Positions 27,135 to 34,572 of a stretch of 64,000 nucleotides of DNA are shown piece by piece. Position numbers and translations under genes: made by a program. The notes beneath the pieces were generated by a model, which was given only the letters and a program-made list of their open reading frames with translations, ran no database searches and was not told where the DNA came from. The DNA comes from an uncultured Gemmatimonadales bacterium (GTDB lineage Bacteria; Gemmatimonadota; Gemmatimonadetes; Gemmatimonadales; GWC2-71-9), in the NCBI GenBank assembly GCA_963815325.1, contig CAWFGG010000011.1, positions 70,645 through 134,644 of the forward strand, in the 5' to 3' direction. Every line of letters starts with the position of its first letter. The stretch's first letter is position 1.

Positions 27135-29572
27135 CAGCGACCTCCTGCCGGGGCGCGACCGGGCTCCGCGGCCCGCCCGTCTCCGCCTTCGGCCGGAGTG
27201 CGCACCGTGGTGACCGGTGGCCAGGCCACCTCTGGCGTTCCGGTTGGGCCGTAGCGCGGCTCCTTGCCCTTGGCCTTTGCCTGGATGGCCTTCAGCACCT
27301 TGGGCGGACTCATGGGTACCTCGTCGATCCGCACCCCTACCGCGTCGTAAATCGCGTTGGCCACGGCCGGCATTACCGGGAGGAGGGGGCCCTGCCCCGC
27401 TTCCTTGGCGCCGAACGGCCCGTTCGGATCCGGCTCGCCGACCAGGTAGGTGGTGACGTCGCACATCTCAAGCGTGGTGGGGCTCTTGTATTCGAGCATC
27501 GACGGCCACTTGTGCACCAGGTTTCGATTCTCGCGATACGACATCTCCTCCATGAGCGCCTCACCCAGCCCCATGTACACGCCGCCCTCGATCTGGCCCA
27601 TCACGAGCGCCGGGTTGATCGCCTGCCCTACGTCGTGGGCAATCCAAATATTGGGAACCTGAACGATGCCGGTATCCGGATCGACCTGGACCTCGGCGAC
27701 ACATGCGCTGTAGCTGTAGGCCGGTGACGGCCCGACGCCCGAGCCGCGATAGCGCCCCGGCGAACGGGGCGGCGTGTAACTCCCGACGGCACCGATGGTG
27801 CCGGAGGCCGACTCGGCGAGCACCACCGCTTCGGCGAAGCTCATGCCTGCGTCGGGCTGCTCGCGGTCGCACACCCGCTCTCCTGTGAACACGACCTGTT
27901 TCATCGGCAGGTCGAGCTTCGTGGCCACGGCGCGAGCAATGAGTTCCTTGACCCGTTCGGCAGCCTGAATGGCGGCCTGGCCCATCATGAGCGTTACCCG
28001 CGACGAGTAGCTGCCGAGGTCGACCGGAGTGAGATCGGTATCGGCGGTGACCACCGCGATCTTCATGGGATCGAGCCCGAGCACCTCGGCCACGATGTAG
28101 GCGAGGACCGAGTCCGAGCCCTGGCCGATGTCGGTGGATCCACAGAAGACCGTGACTCCGCCGCCCCGGTCGCACTTGAGTTGCACCCCGGAATGCGGCA
28201 TGGCGTTCCAGTAGATCGGGAGGCCAGCGCCGGTGATGTAGGAAGAACACGCGAGCCCGAGCCCGTGACCATACGGAAGCTTCCGGAACCGGGTGTTCCA
28301 GTCTGAGCCAGCAGCGACGCGCTCGATGCACTGGCCAAGGCCCATGGTACCGATCTTCATGTAGTTGGCGGTAATCGAGTTTGCCGGCTGGAGGTGTCGG
28401 AGGCGCATCTCGGCGGGATCGAGCTCGAGGCGCTCGGCGATCTTGTCCAGCGTGACCTCGACCGCGAAGCGGGGCTGCGGGGTGCCGTGCCCGCGCTTGG
28501 GGCCGCACGGGGCCTTGTTGGTGAATGCCCTGGCACCGCGAAAGCGGTAGGCGGGCACCTGGTAGGTGACCGTTTGCAGCGCACCGGTGTAATAGGCGCT
28601 GGCCACGCCGTACGACCCGTAGGCCCCGCCGTCCAAGTAGGACTCGAAATCCATGGCGGTGATGGCGCCGTCCGTGGTCACGCCGGTCCTGACCCGCATG
28701 AGCACCGGGTGGCGGCCGCGGTGACAGTAGAACACCTCTTCGCGGGTGAGGCAGATCTTGACTGGGCGGCCAGTCAAAATTGCAAGTTTCGACACAGCAA
28801 TCTCATGCGGAAACGGATCGCTCTTCCCTCCAAACCCTCCGCCATTCGGCGTGGCGATCACCCGGATCCGGCTCGGCGGGAGTTCAAGCACCTTGGCCAG
28901 GGCGCGATGGACGTAGTGCGGGGTCTGGGTGCTGGACCAAAGGGTGAGGCGGCCGTTCTTGTCGTACCGCGCGAGTGCGGCGTGCTGCTCGATCGGGAGA
29001 TGGGTGTTTCCCTCGTAAAAGAAGAGGTCGTCCTGCACCACATCGGCACGCCCGAGGCCCGCCTCCACGTCGCCGAACTCGAGATGAATCAGCTTATGGA
29101 GGTTCCCCTGATCAGCGTAGTCATGGAGCTTCGGTTCGGGGGTCGTGGCCGCCTGGGCAACGGAACCGATCTGCGGGAGGACTTCGTACTCGACCTCGAT
29201 GAGATCGAGCGCCGCGGTCGCAGTGTCCTCGTCCCGCGCGGCCACCGCCGCCACCGCGTCGCCGATGAAGCGCACATGGTCGGGCGCCAAAGCGTGTTCG
29301 TCCTGGCTCACCGGCAGGATTCCAAACGGAATGGGGACATCCGCGCCGGTGATGACCGCGTGGACGCCATCCAACGCCCGCGCCTTCCTGGTGTCGATCC
29401 GCACGATCCGCGCGTGGGGATGCGGACTCCTGAGCATCTTACAACTCAGCATCCGGGGCAGGACCAGGTCGTCCGCAAAGATGGCCTCGCCGGTACACTT
29501 GGCCGCCGCGTCGACCTTGGCTCGTGGGGTGCCGATTACCGAGTAGGGGCTCCGCCCCGTGTCAGTACCCAT
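27134..29572 (-). CDS. xanthine dehydrogenase-family molybdopterin-binding large subunit (HcrA/CoxL-like)
   Basis: ATG 29572 (MGTDTGRSPYSVIGTP). Also present: DAAAKCTGEAIFADD, GGGFGGK and GQGSDSVLAYIVAEVLG. About 810 aa. Confidence 0.9.
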   Translation of the reverse strand: MGTDTGRSPYSVIGTPRAKVDAAAKCTGEAIFADDLVLPRMLSCKMLRSPHPHARIVRIDTRKARALDGVHAVITGADVPIPFGILPVSQDEHALAPDHVRFIGDAVAAVAARDEDTATAALDLIEVEYEVLPQIGSVAQAATTPEPKLHDYADQGNLHKLIHLEFGDVEAGLGRADVVQDDLFFYEGNTHLPIEQHAALARYDKNGRLTLWSSTQTPHYVHRALAKVLELPPSRIRVIATPNGGGFGGKSDPFPHEIAVSKLAILTGRPVKICLTREEVFYCHRGRHPVLMRVRTGVTTDGAITAMDFESYLDGGAYGSYGVASAYYTGALQTVTYQVPAYRFRGARAFTNKAPCGPKRGHGTPQPRFAVEVTLDKIAERLELDPAEMRLRHLQPANSITANYMKIGTMGLGQCIERVAAGSDWNTRFRKLPYGHGLGLACSSYITGAGLPIYWNAMPHSGVQLKCDRGGGVTVFCGSTDIGQGSDSVLAYIVAEVLGLDPMKIAVVTADTDLTPVDLGSYSSRVTLMMGQAAIQAAERVKELIARAVATKLDLPMKQVVFTGERVCDREQPDAGMSFAEAVVLAESASGTIGAVGSYTPPRSPGRYRGSGVGPSPAYSYSACVAEVQVDPDTGIVQVPNIWIAHDVGQAINPALVMGQIEGGVYMGLGEALMEEMSYRENRNLVHKWPSMLEYKSPTTLEMCDVTTYLVGEPDPNGPFGAKEAGQGPLLPVMPAVANAIYDAVGVRIDEVPMSPPKVLKAIQAKAKGKEPRYGPTGTPEVAWPPVTTVRTPAEGGDGRAAEPGRAPAGGR

Positions 29573-30101
29573 GGAGCGACTCCTCCAGAGGCTCAGCCTC
29601 TTCACCTCGCATGCGCCGGGCAGCCAGTTCTACGGCCTCGTAGATCTTGATGTAGCCGGTGCAGCGGCAGAGGTTTCCCGCCAGCGCCTCCTTGATCTCG
29701 TGCCTGGTGGGTTGTGGGTTCTCGTGCAAGAGCGCCCGTGCCGTAAGGAGGACGCCCGGCGTGCAATAGCCGCACTGGGCCGCGCCCAATTCGACAAAGG
29801 CTTCCTGGAGTGGGTCAAGCAAGGGCCCGTCAGCCATCCCTTCAACGGTGGTGATATTGCGATCTTGGTACGCGGCAGCCAGGGCCAGACAGGACAGGAG
29901 CGGCATGCCGTCCACCAGCACCGCGCAGGCGCCGCACTCTCCCAGCTCGCATCCGTGCTTCGTGCCGGTCAGGCCGAGATCTTCGCGCAACACTTCGAGC
30001 AGGGTCTTGTGGGACGAGAAGGTGATGTCATGCTGCTCACCGTTGACCGTGAAGCGTCCCGCCACCTTGTGGGTTCGCGTAAGGGGAATCGGTTGGGCCA
30101 T
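29562..30101 (-). CDS. (2Fe-2S)-binding small subunit of the molybdenum hydroxylase (HcrC/CoxS-like)
   Basis: CELGECGACAVLVDG and QCGYCTPG...CRCTGY cluster motifs are present. Confidence 0.9.
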   Translation of the reverse strand: MAQPIPLTRTHKVAGRFTVNGEQHDITFSSHKTLLEVLREDLGLTGTKHGCELGECGACAVLVDGMPLLSCLALAAAYQDRNITTVEGMADGPLLDPLQEAFVELGAAQCGYCTPGVLLTARALLHENPQPTRHEIKEALAGNLCRCTGYIKIYEAVELAARRMRGEEAEPLEESLHGY

Positions 30102-30146
30102 GTGACGTCTCGATTCTCTCGGAGTCTTTGGACGAGGGATGTCCGA

Positions 30147-30470
30147 CTACAGTGGTTTCAATTTCGCCAGGACGTCCGCCACTACTTCCGCCGGCACGCG
30201 GCAGGCAATGGCAGCGTCACGAGCTTTCCAGTCGGCGCTCCGCAGATGATCGGCCAGGACCACACCGCTCACGGGCAGGCCCTGGGGCAGGGGAACCTCA
30301 AAGGGATACCCTGTGGCCGCTCCACTCACGGCGCACATGAGCGCAAGCCCGGCCCGCTCGTTGTAGCGGGCCGGTGATACGACCAGCGCTGGGCGCCGGG
30401 TGGGGCGGCCATCGTCCGACCGGGGTGCGATGGAGATCCACACCAGGTCACCACGGTCGGGCACTACCAT
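30147..30470 (-). CDS. mazF: type II toxin, MazF/PemK family endoribonuclease
   Basis: The sequence begins MVVPDRGDLVWISIAPRSDDGRPTRRPALVVSP, and GVVLADHLRSADWKARD is also present. It overlaps the antitoxin stop. Confidence 0.8.
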   Translation of the reverse strand: MVVPDRGDLVWISIAPRSDDGRPTRRPALVVSPARYNERAGLALMCAVSGAATGYPFEVPLPQGLPVSGVVLADHLRSADWKARDAAIACRVPAEVVADVLAKLKPL

Positions 30471-30703
30471 ACCTCCGCCCCCGCCGGATGTCCCCAATCC
30501 GTTTCGGTGTGGCGATTCTCCGCCGTGATGCCGTCCACCAGTTCTTCGAGCTGGTACTCCCGGCCAAGGGCTGTCACCACGATCCGGCCACCGGACACGG
30601 AAATGTCCACCGGCGTGCCGTCCTCGAGGCCGGCCTCGGCGGCAAACGCCTTGGGAATCCTGACCCCTAAGCTGTTGCCCCACTTTGAAATACGAGTTCG
30701 CAT
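30464..30703 (-). CDS. mazE: type II antitoxin, AbrB/MazE/SpoVT family
   Basis: MRTRISKWGNSLGVRIPKAFAAEAGL is a swapped-hairpin DNA-binding motif. ATG 30703; a GTG at 30706 is also in frame. Confidence 0.8.
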   Translation of the reverse strand: MRTRISKWGNSLGVRIPKAFAAEAGLEDGTPVDISVSGGRIVVTALGREYQLEELVDGITAENRHTETDWGHPAGAEVW

Positions 30704-30715
30704 CACAATGCCCGG

Positions 30716-30729
30716 AATGTATATACATT
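30716..30729. promoter_or_regulatory. perfect 14-bp AT-rich palindrome AATGTATATACATT in a divergent promoter region
   Basis: Read directly from the sequence. It lies 13 nt upstream of the mazE ATG and about 85 nt upstream of the + strand cluster that contains znuAB. It is embedded in the most AT-rich stretch I noticed in this region (30716-30760), which also holds a TATACT -10-like hexamer at 30733-30738. Confidence 0.45.
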
Positions 30730-30814
30730 GAATATACTATTTCGATATGGTCCCTGCAAGCGGTCCGCCCGTGGTCGCCATCGTTTCCACCGCCATGGCC
30801 TGGCCCTATACTTC

Positions 30815-31171
30815 ATGCCCATGAATCGTTCCCGGGCTGTCGCGCTTCGGTCGCTGGTCCTCGGCCTGGCATTTCTGTTTGCCACGGTTGGGCGGGCGGT
30901 GGTCGATGCGGCGTTGTACCACGGGGGCGACGCCGTCGACGCGTCGCGACAAATACACGTCGAAGCGCTCGACAACCCAGCGTGTCACGACGAAGCCTGC
31001 GCCCTGAGCGCTCTCGTGGCGCCGCTACGGCACGGCCCCCTCGGCCCAGCGGGGTTTCGAGGTGGCCACTTGCCGGCCATCGTAGAGGTCGACCAGCCGG
31101 ACGCGCCGCTTTACTCCTCCCACTACTTCACTCACGCTCGACCACGCGCTCCTCCTCTCAGCCACGCCTGA
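30815..31171 (+). CDS. small membrane-anchored Cys/His-containing protein, unknown function
   Basis: The N-terminal anchor is AVALRSLVLGLAFLFATVG. A NPACHDEAC motif and several His are present. The start is ATG 30815 or 30821. Confidence 0.4.
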   Translation: MPMNRSRAVALRSLVLGLAFLFATVGRAVVDAALYHGGDAVDASRQIHVEALDNPACHDEACALSALVAPLRHGPLGPAGFRGGHLPAIVEVDQPDAPLYSSHYFTHARPRAPPLSHA

Positions 31172-31269
31172 GAACCCCGTACCGGGGCGCCACACAACGG
31201 CTTTCACAGCACCGTCGAGGCTGAGCGTCCCGGGTCCCGAGAGGAACCCTGGTCTTTCGTGGAGTGTGA

Positions 31270-32658
31270 ATGCGACGAACACACCTCTTTACCGCGCTGG
31301 TCGGCGCGCTCTTCCTGTGGCCCGTTTCGAATGCGGCCGCCCAGGACGAGCTACGGCCCGCGGTTGATTCGCTGCACCAGCGAATCACAGCACTCGAAGC
31401 GAGGTTGGATTCGCTCGACACCGGGACTTGCCCCCCGCAACTGATTGTCTCCCTTGCGCAAACGCCGACCGGAGACCGCGCGGTCGACTCGTTGGCAACT
31501 GCCATCACCCGGCTCGAAGACCGGGTGTATCGCCTCACCATCGAGCGGTGTGCAGCACCCCAGACTGGCGGGACGCCTTCCGACACGGTGGTCGATGAAT
31601 TGGCCGCCATCCGTGCCGCTGCCGCTGCCGCAGCAGGCGCGGCGTCGGAGGGTGACTCTACGCAAGCAGAGGCACCTTCCGGCACGACGGGGCGGCCGAA
31701 CCAGAATGTGCTCAACCCCGAGATCAGCGTCACCGGGACCGTGCTGCTCACGGCACGGGACGAGAGTCCGCAGCGCGACAATGCGGAGCTCCGTGAGGTC
31801 GAGGTATCGTTTCAATCGGCGCTTGATCCCTACTCGACCGCCAAGATCTTCCTCACTTTTTCTGAGGACGAGATCGGGGTCGAAGAAGGCTATCTGTATT
31901 GGGTAGGCCTGCCGGGACGCATCCGGGTCGATGCGGGCAAGATCCGCCAGCAACTCGGCGACCTCAATCGTTGGCACGCGCACGCCCTTCCTGAAAGCCA
32001 GTACCCCCTGGTCTATCAGCGGTTCCTGGGCGAGGAGGGCTTGGCCGGCGTGGGCGTGTCGCTCTATACGACGCTGCCGCTGTCGATCGCCGGCGGCACC
32101 CACGAGGTCTGGCTCCAGGGCACCACTGCCGAGAGCGAACCGCTCTATGCGGGCGGCACGCAACCCTCGCTCCTCGGCAGGTTTCAGAGCTTCTGGCAAC
32201 TCACCCGCAGCAGCTACATGCAGCTCGGCGTCACCGGCGTCGGCGGCAACAACAGCGACGCTGATTTGCGGAGCCGCCTGGCGGGGCTGGATTTCCGGCT
32301 GACCTACCGGCCGCCCGACGCCGCGACCCGGCGGGACATCACCTTCCGGGCAGAGGGCTACCGCCTGCACGCGACCGAAGCGGGCCAGACCACCAACCGT
32401 TACGGTGCGTTTGCCGATCTCCAGGTGCGGACCAGCCGCCGGTGGGTATTCGGGGCGAGGTATGACTGGGTCGAGGCCCCGCGAGGGGTGAACGACCGCG
32501 AATGGCGGATCACGCCAACCGTCACCTGGTGGCAGAGCGAGTTCGTCTATCTGCGGTTGGAGGGGGAACACCGCGACAGCGATCTCGAGGGAACGTCAAA
32601 CCAACTCCGCATGCAGGTGGTGCTCTCGATGGGGCCCCACAAGCACGAAACGTACTGA
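31270..32658 (+). CDS. outer-membrane beta-barrel protein (porin-like) with an N-terminal coiled coil
   Basis: The signal peptide is LFTALVGALFLWPVSNAAAQ. Heptad-like segments are present (LHQRITALEARLDSL, AITRLEDRVYRL). The C-terminal two thirds have alternating amphipathic strands and an aromatic C-terminal residue (HETY). Confidence 0.6.
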   Translation: MRRTHLFTALVGALFLWPVSNAAAQDELRPAVDSLHQRITALEARLDSLDTGTCPPQLIVSLAQTPTGDRAVDSLATAITRLEDRVYRLTIERCAAPQTGGTPSDTVVDELAAIRAAAAAAAGAASEGDSTQAEAPSGTTGRPNQNVLNPEISVTGTVLLTARDESPQRDNAELREVEVSFQSALDPYSTAKIFLTFSEDEIGVEEGYLYWVGLPGRIRVDAGKIRQQLGDLNRWHAHALPESQYPLVYQRFLGEEGLAGVGVSLYTTLPLSIAGGTHEVWLQGTTAESEPLYAGGTQPSLLGRFQSFWQLTRSSYMQLGVTGVGGNNSDADLRSRLAGLDFRLTYRPPDAATRRDITFRAEGYRLHATEAGQTTNRYGAFADLQVRTSRRWVFGARYDWVEAPRGVNDREWRITPTVTWWQSEFVYLRLEGEHRDSDLEGTSNQLRMQVVLSMGPHKHETY

Positions 32659-32684
32659 GCGCCGCCGCGCGCGAAGGATAGATC

Positions 32685-33704
32685 ATGTTGCTCTCAATCT
32701 TGCTTCTCGCTTTTGGCCTCTCCAGCCCACCGCCGGTTCTGGCACCGGTCAAGGTTGTCACCAGCCTCACGACGTACGGCGCCATCGCCCGTGAAATTGT
32801 TGGTGACCGCGGCACGGTCAACTCCATCGCGCAGGGGGATGAGGATCCTCACTTCGTGCAGCCCAAGCCCAGCTTCGTTGCACTGTTGCGTGACGCCGAT
32901 CTGTTCGTCACCACGGGCATGGACCTCGAACTCTGGGTCCCGGCGTTGCTCGACCGGGCCAACAACCGGAACGTGGCCGAGGGCGGCCGCGGCTATGTGG
33001 CGGCCAACGCCGGCATCGAACTGCTCGAGATCCCCGTCTCCGTGAGCCGGGCCCAGGGCGACATCCACGCCGAGGGCAATCCCCACATTCACACCGACCC
33101 GCTGAACGCCATTCTGATTGCGCGGAACATCCTGCGCGGTCTCGAGCGTGTGGCGCCGGCCGACGCCGACTACTTCCGAGCGCGCGAGGCCGACTTCGAG
33201 CGGCGTATCCTCGAGGCGACCATGGGGGCGGAGGTGGTGCGCATCCTGACTCCCCAAACGGCCCTCGATCTCCTGCGCAACGACCAGCTGCTGCCGTTCC
33301 TGACCCGCACGACGCTCGACGGACGGCCCCTTGCGAGCCGGCTCGGGGGCTGGCTCAAGACAGCTGAGGTGTTCCGCGACAAGGAGATCGTCTGTTACCA
33401 CAAGGAATGGGCGTACTTCAGCCGGCGGTATCGGATCAACTGTGTCGAGTACATCGAGCCGAAGCCGGGCATCCCGCCCACCCCGCGGCACGTGCATGAC
33501 GTCATTAGTCTGATGCGAGAGCGAAAGATTCCCGTGCTCCTCGCGTCGAACTACTTTAGCCGCTCGCAGATCAAGCAGGTCGCCGGCCGGACCGGCGCGA
33601 CGGCCGTCATCGTGCCCGAGAATACCCACGGCGTTCCCGGAGTGGAGACGTATTTCCAGCTGATGGACACCTGGGTCACGTCGCTGGCCGCCGCATTCAA
33701 GTGA
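32685..33704 (+). CDS. metal (Zn/Mn) ABC transporter substrate-binding protein, ZnuA/TroA family
   Basis: VVTSLTTYGAIAREI, GDEDPHFVQPKPS, EGNPHIHTDP and YHKEWAYFSRRY are present. Confidence 0.8.
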   Translation: MLLSILLLAFGLSSPPPVLAPVKVVTSLTTYGAIAREIVGDRGTVNSIAQGDEDPHFVQPKPSFVALLRDADLFVTTGMDLELWVPALLDRANNRNVAEGGRGYVAANAGIELLEIPVSVSRAQGDIHAEGNPHIHTDPLNAILIARNILRGLERVAPADADYFRAREADFERRILEATMGAEVVRILTPQTALDLLRNDQLLPFLTRTTLDGRPLASRLGGWLKTAEVFRDKEIVCYHKEWAYFSRRYRINCVEYIEPKPGIPPTPRHVHDVISLMRERKIPVLLASNYFSRSQIKQVAGRTGATAVIVPENTHGVPGVETYFQLMDTWVTSLAAAFK

Positions 33705-33717
33705 GAGGTAGAACGCG

Positions 33718-34572
33718 ATGCTCGAACTGATCCTGCCCCCGCTCGCGGCGTGTATGGTGATCGTCGCGATCCACAGTTACTTGGGCCTGCACGTGATCGC
33801 GCGGGAGGTGATCTTCGTCGATCTCTCGCTGGCGCAGATGGCGGCCCTGGGTACCACGGTCGCCATCTTCCTCGGATCACCCCACGACTCCCCGGCAACG
33901 TTTGCCTACGCGATCGGGTTCACCACGATCGGAGCCGCGATTTTTGCCCTCACGCGAACGAAGGGCAAAGAGCTCGTCCCGCACGAGGCCATCATCGGCA
34001 TCGTGTATGTCGTGGCGTCCGCGGCAGCCATCCTGGTCGCCGACCGGACGCCAGGGGGCAACGAGGCCATCAAGGACATCCTGGTCGGCACTCTGCTCTG
34101 GGTCACGTGGCCGCACATTCTCCGACTTGCAGCCGTGTACGCCGTGATTGGCTTGGTCCACTGGTTCCTGCGACATCGCTTCTTGACGATTTCATTCCAG
34201 CCGGCGTCCGCGGTGGCGTTCGGCTGGAACATCCGGTGGTGGGACTTTTGGTTTTATCTGTCGTTCGGGCTGGTGATCACGTTCTCGGTACCGATTGCAG
34301 GTGTGCTGCTGGTGTTCTCCTTTCTCGTCGTGCCCGCGGCCATCGCGTTTCAGTTCACCCGGCGCTACATGCCCCTCGCCATCATCTCCTGGGCTGCCGG
34401 GGTGCTCGCGTCCGGTGCGGGCTTGGCCGTGAGTTTCCGCTACGACCTGCCGACCGGTCCGGTGGTCGTCTGCATGTTCGGCGTGTTCTTGATTCTGGCC
34501 TCGCTGGTCAAGCGGGTGGCCCGGAGGAACGGCCATGGGGCGCGCACGGCGCCCCAGGCCGAAGCCGCCTAA
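33718..34572 (+). CDS. metal ABC transporter permease, ZnuB family
   Basis: Eight to nine TM segments. YLGLHVIAREVIFVDLSLAQMAALG is present. Confidence 0.8.
   Translation: MLELILPPLAACMVIVAIHSYLGLHVIAREVIFVDLSLAQMAALGTTVAIFLGSPHDSPATFAYAIGFTTIGAAIFALTRTKGKELVPHEAIIGIVYVVASAAAILVADRTPGGNEAIKDILVGTLLWVTWPHILRLAAVYAVIGLVHWFLRHRFLTISFQPASAVAFGWNIRWWDFWFYLSFGLVITFSVPIAGVLLVFSFLVVPAAIAFQFTRRYMPLAIISWAAGVLASGAGLAVSFRYDLPTGPVVVCMFGVFLILASLVKRVARRNGHGARTAPQAEAA

Noticed and set aside
28394-29650. 418-aa + strand ORF over the Mo-hydroxylase large subunit
   Set aside because: It is antisense to a gene with clear family motifs, and I saw no motifs of its own.
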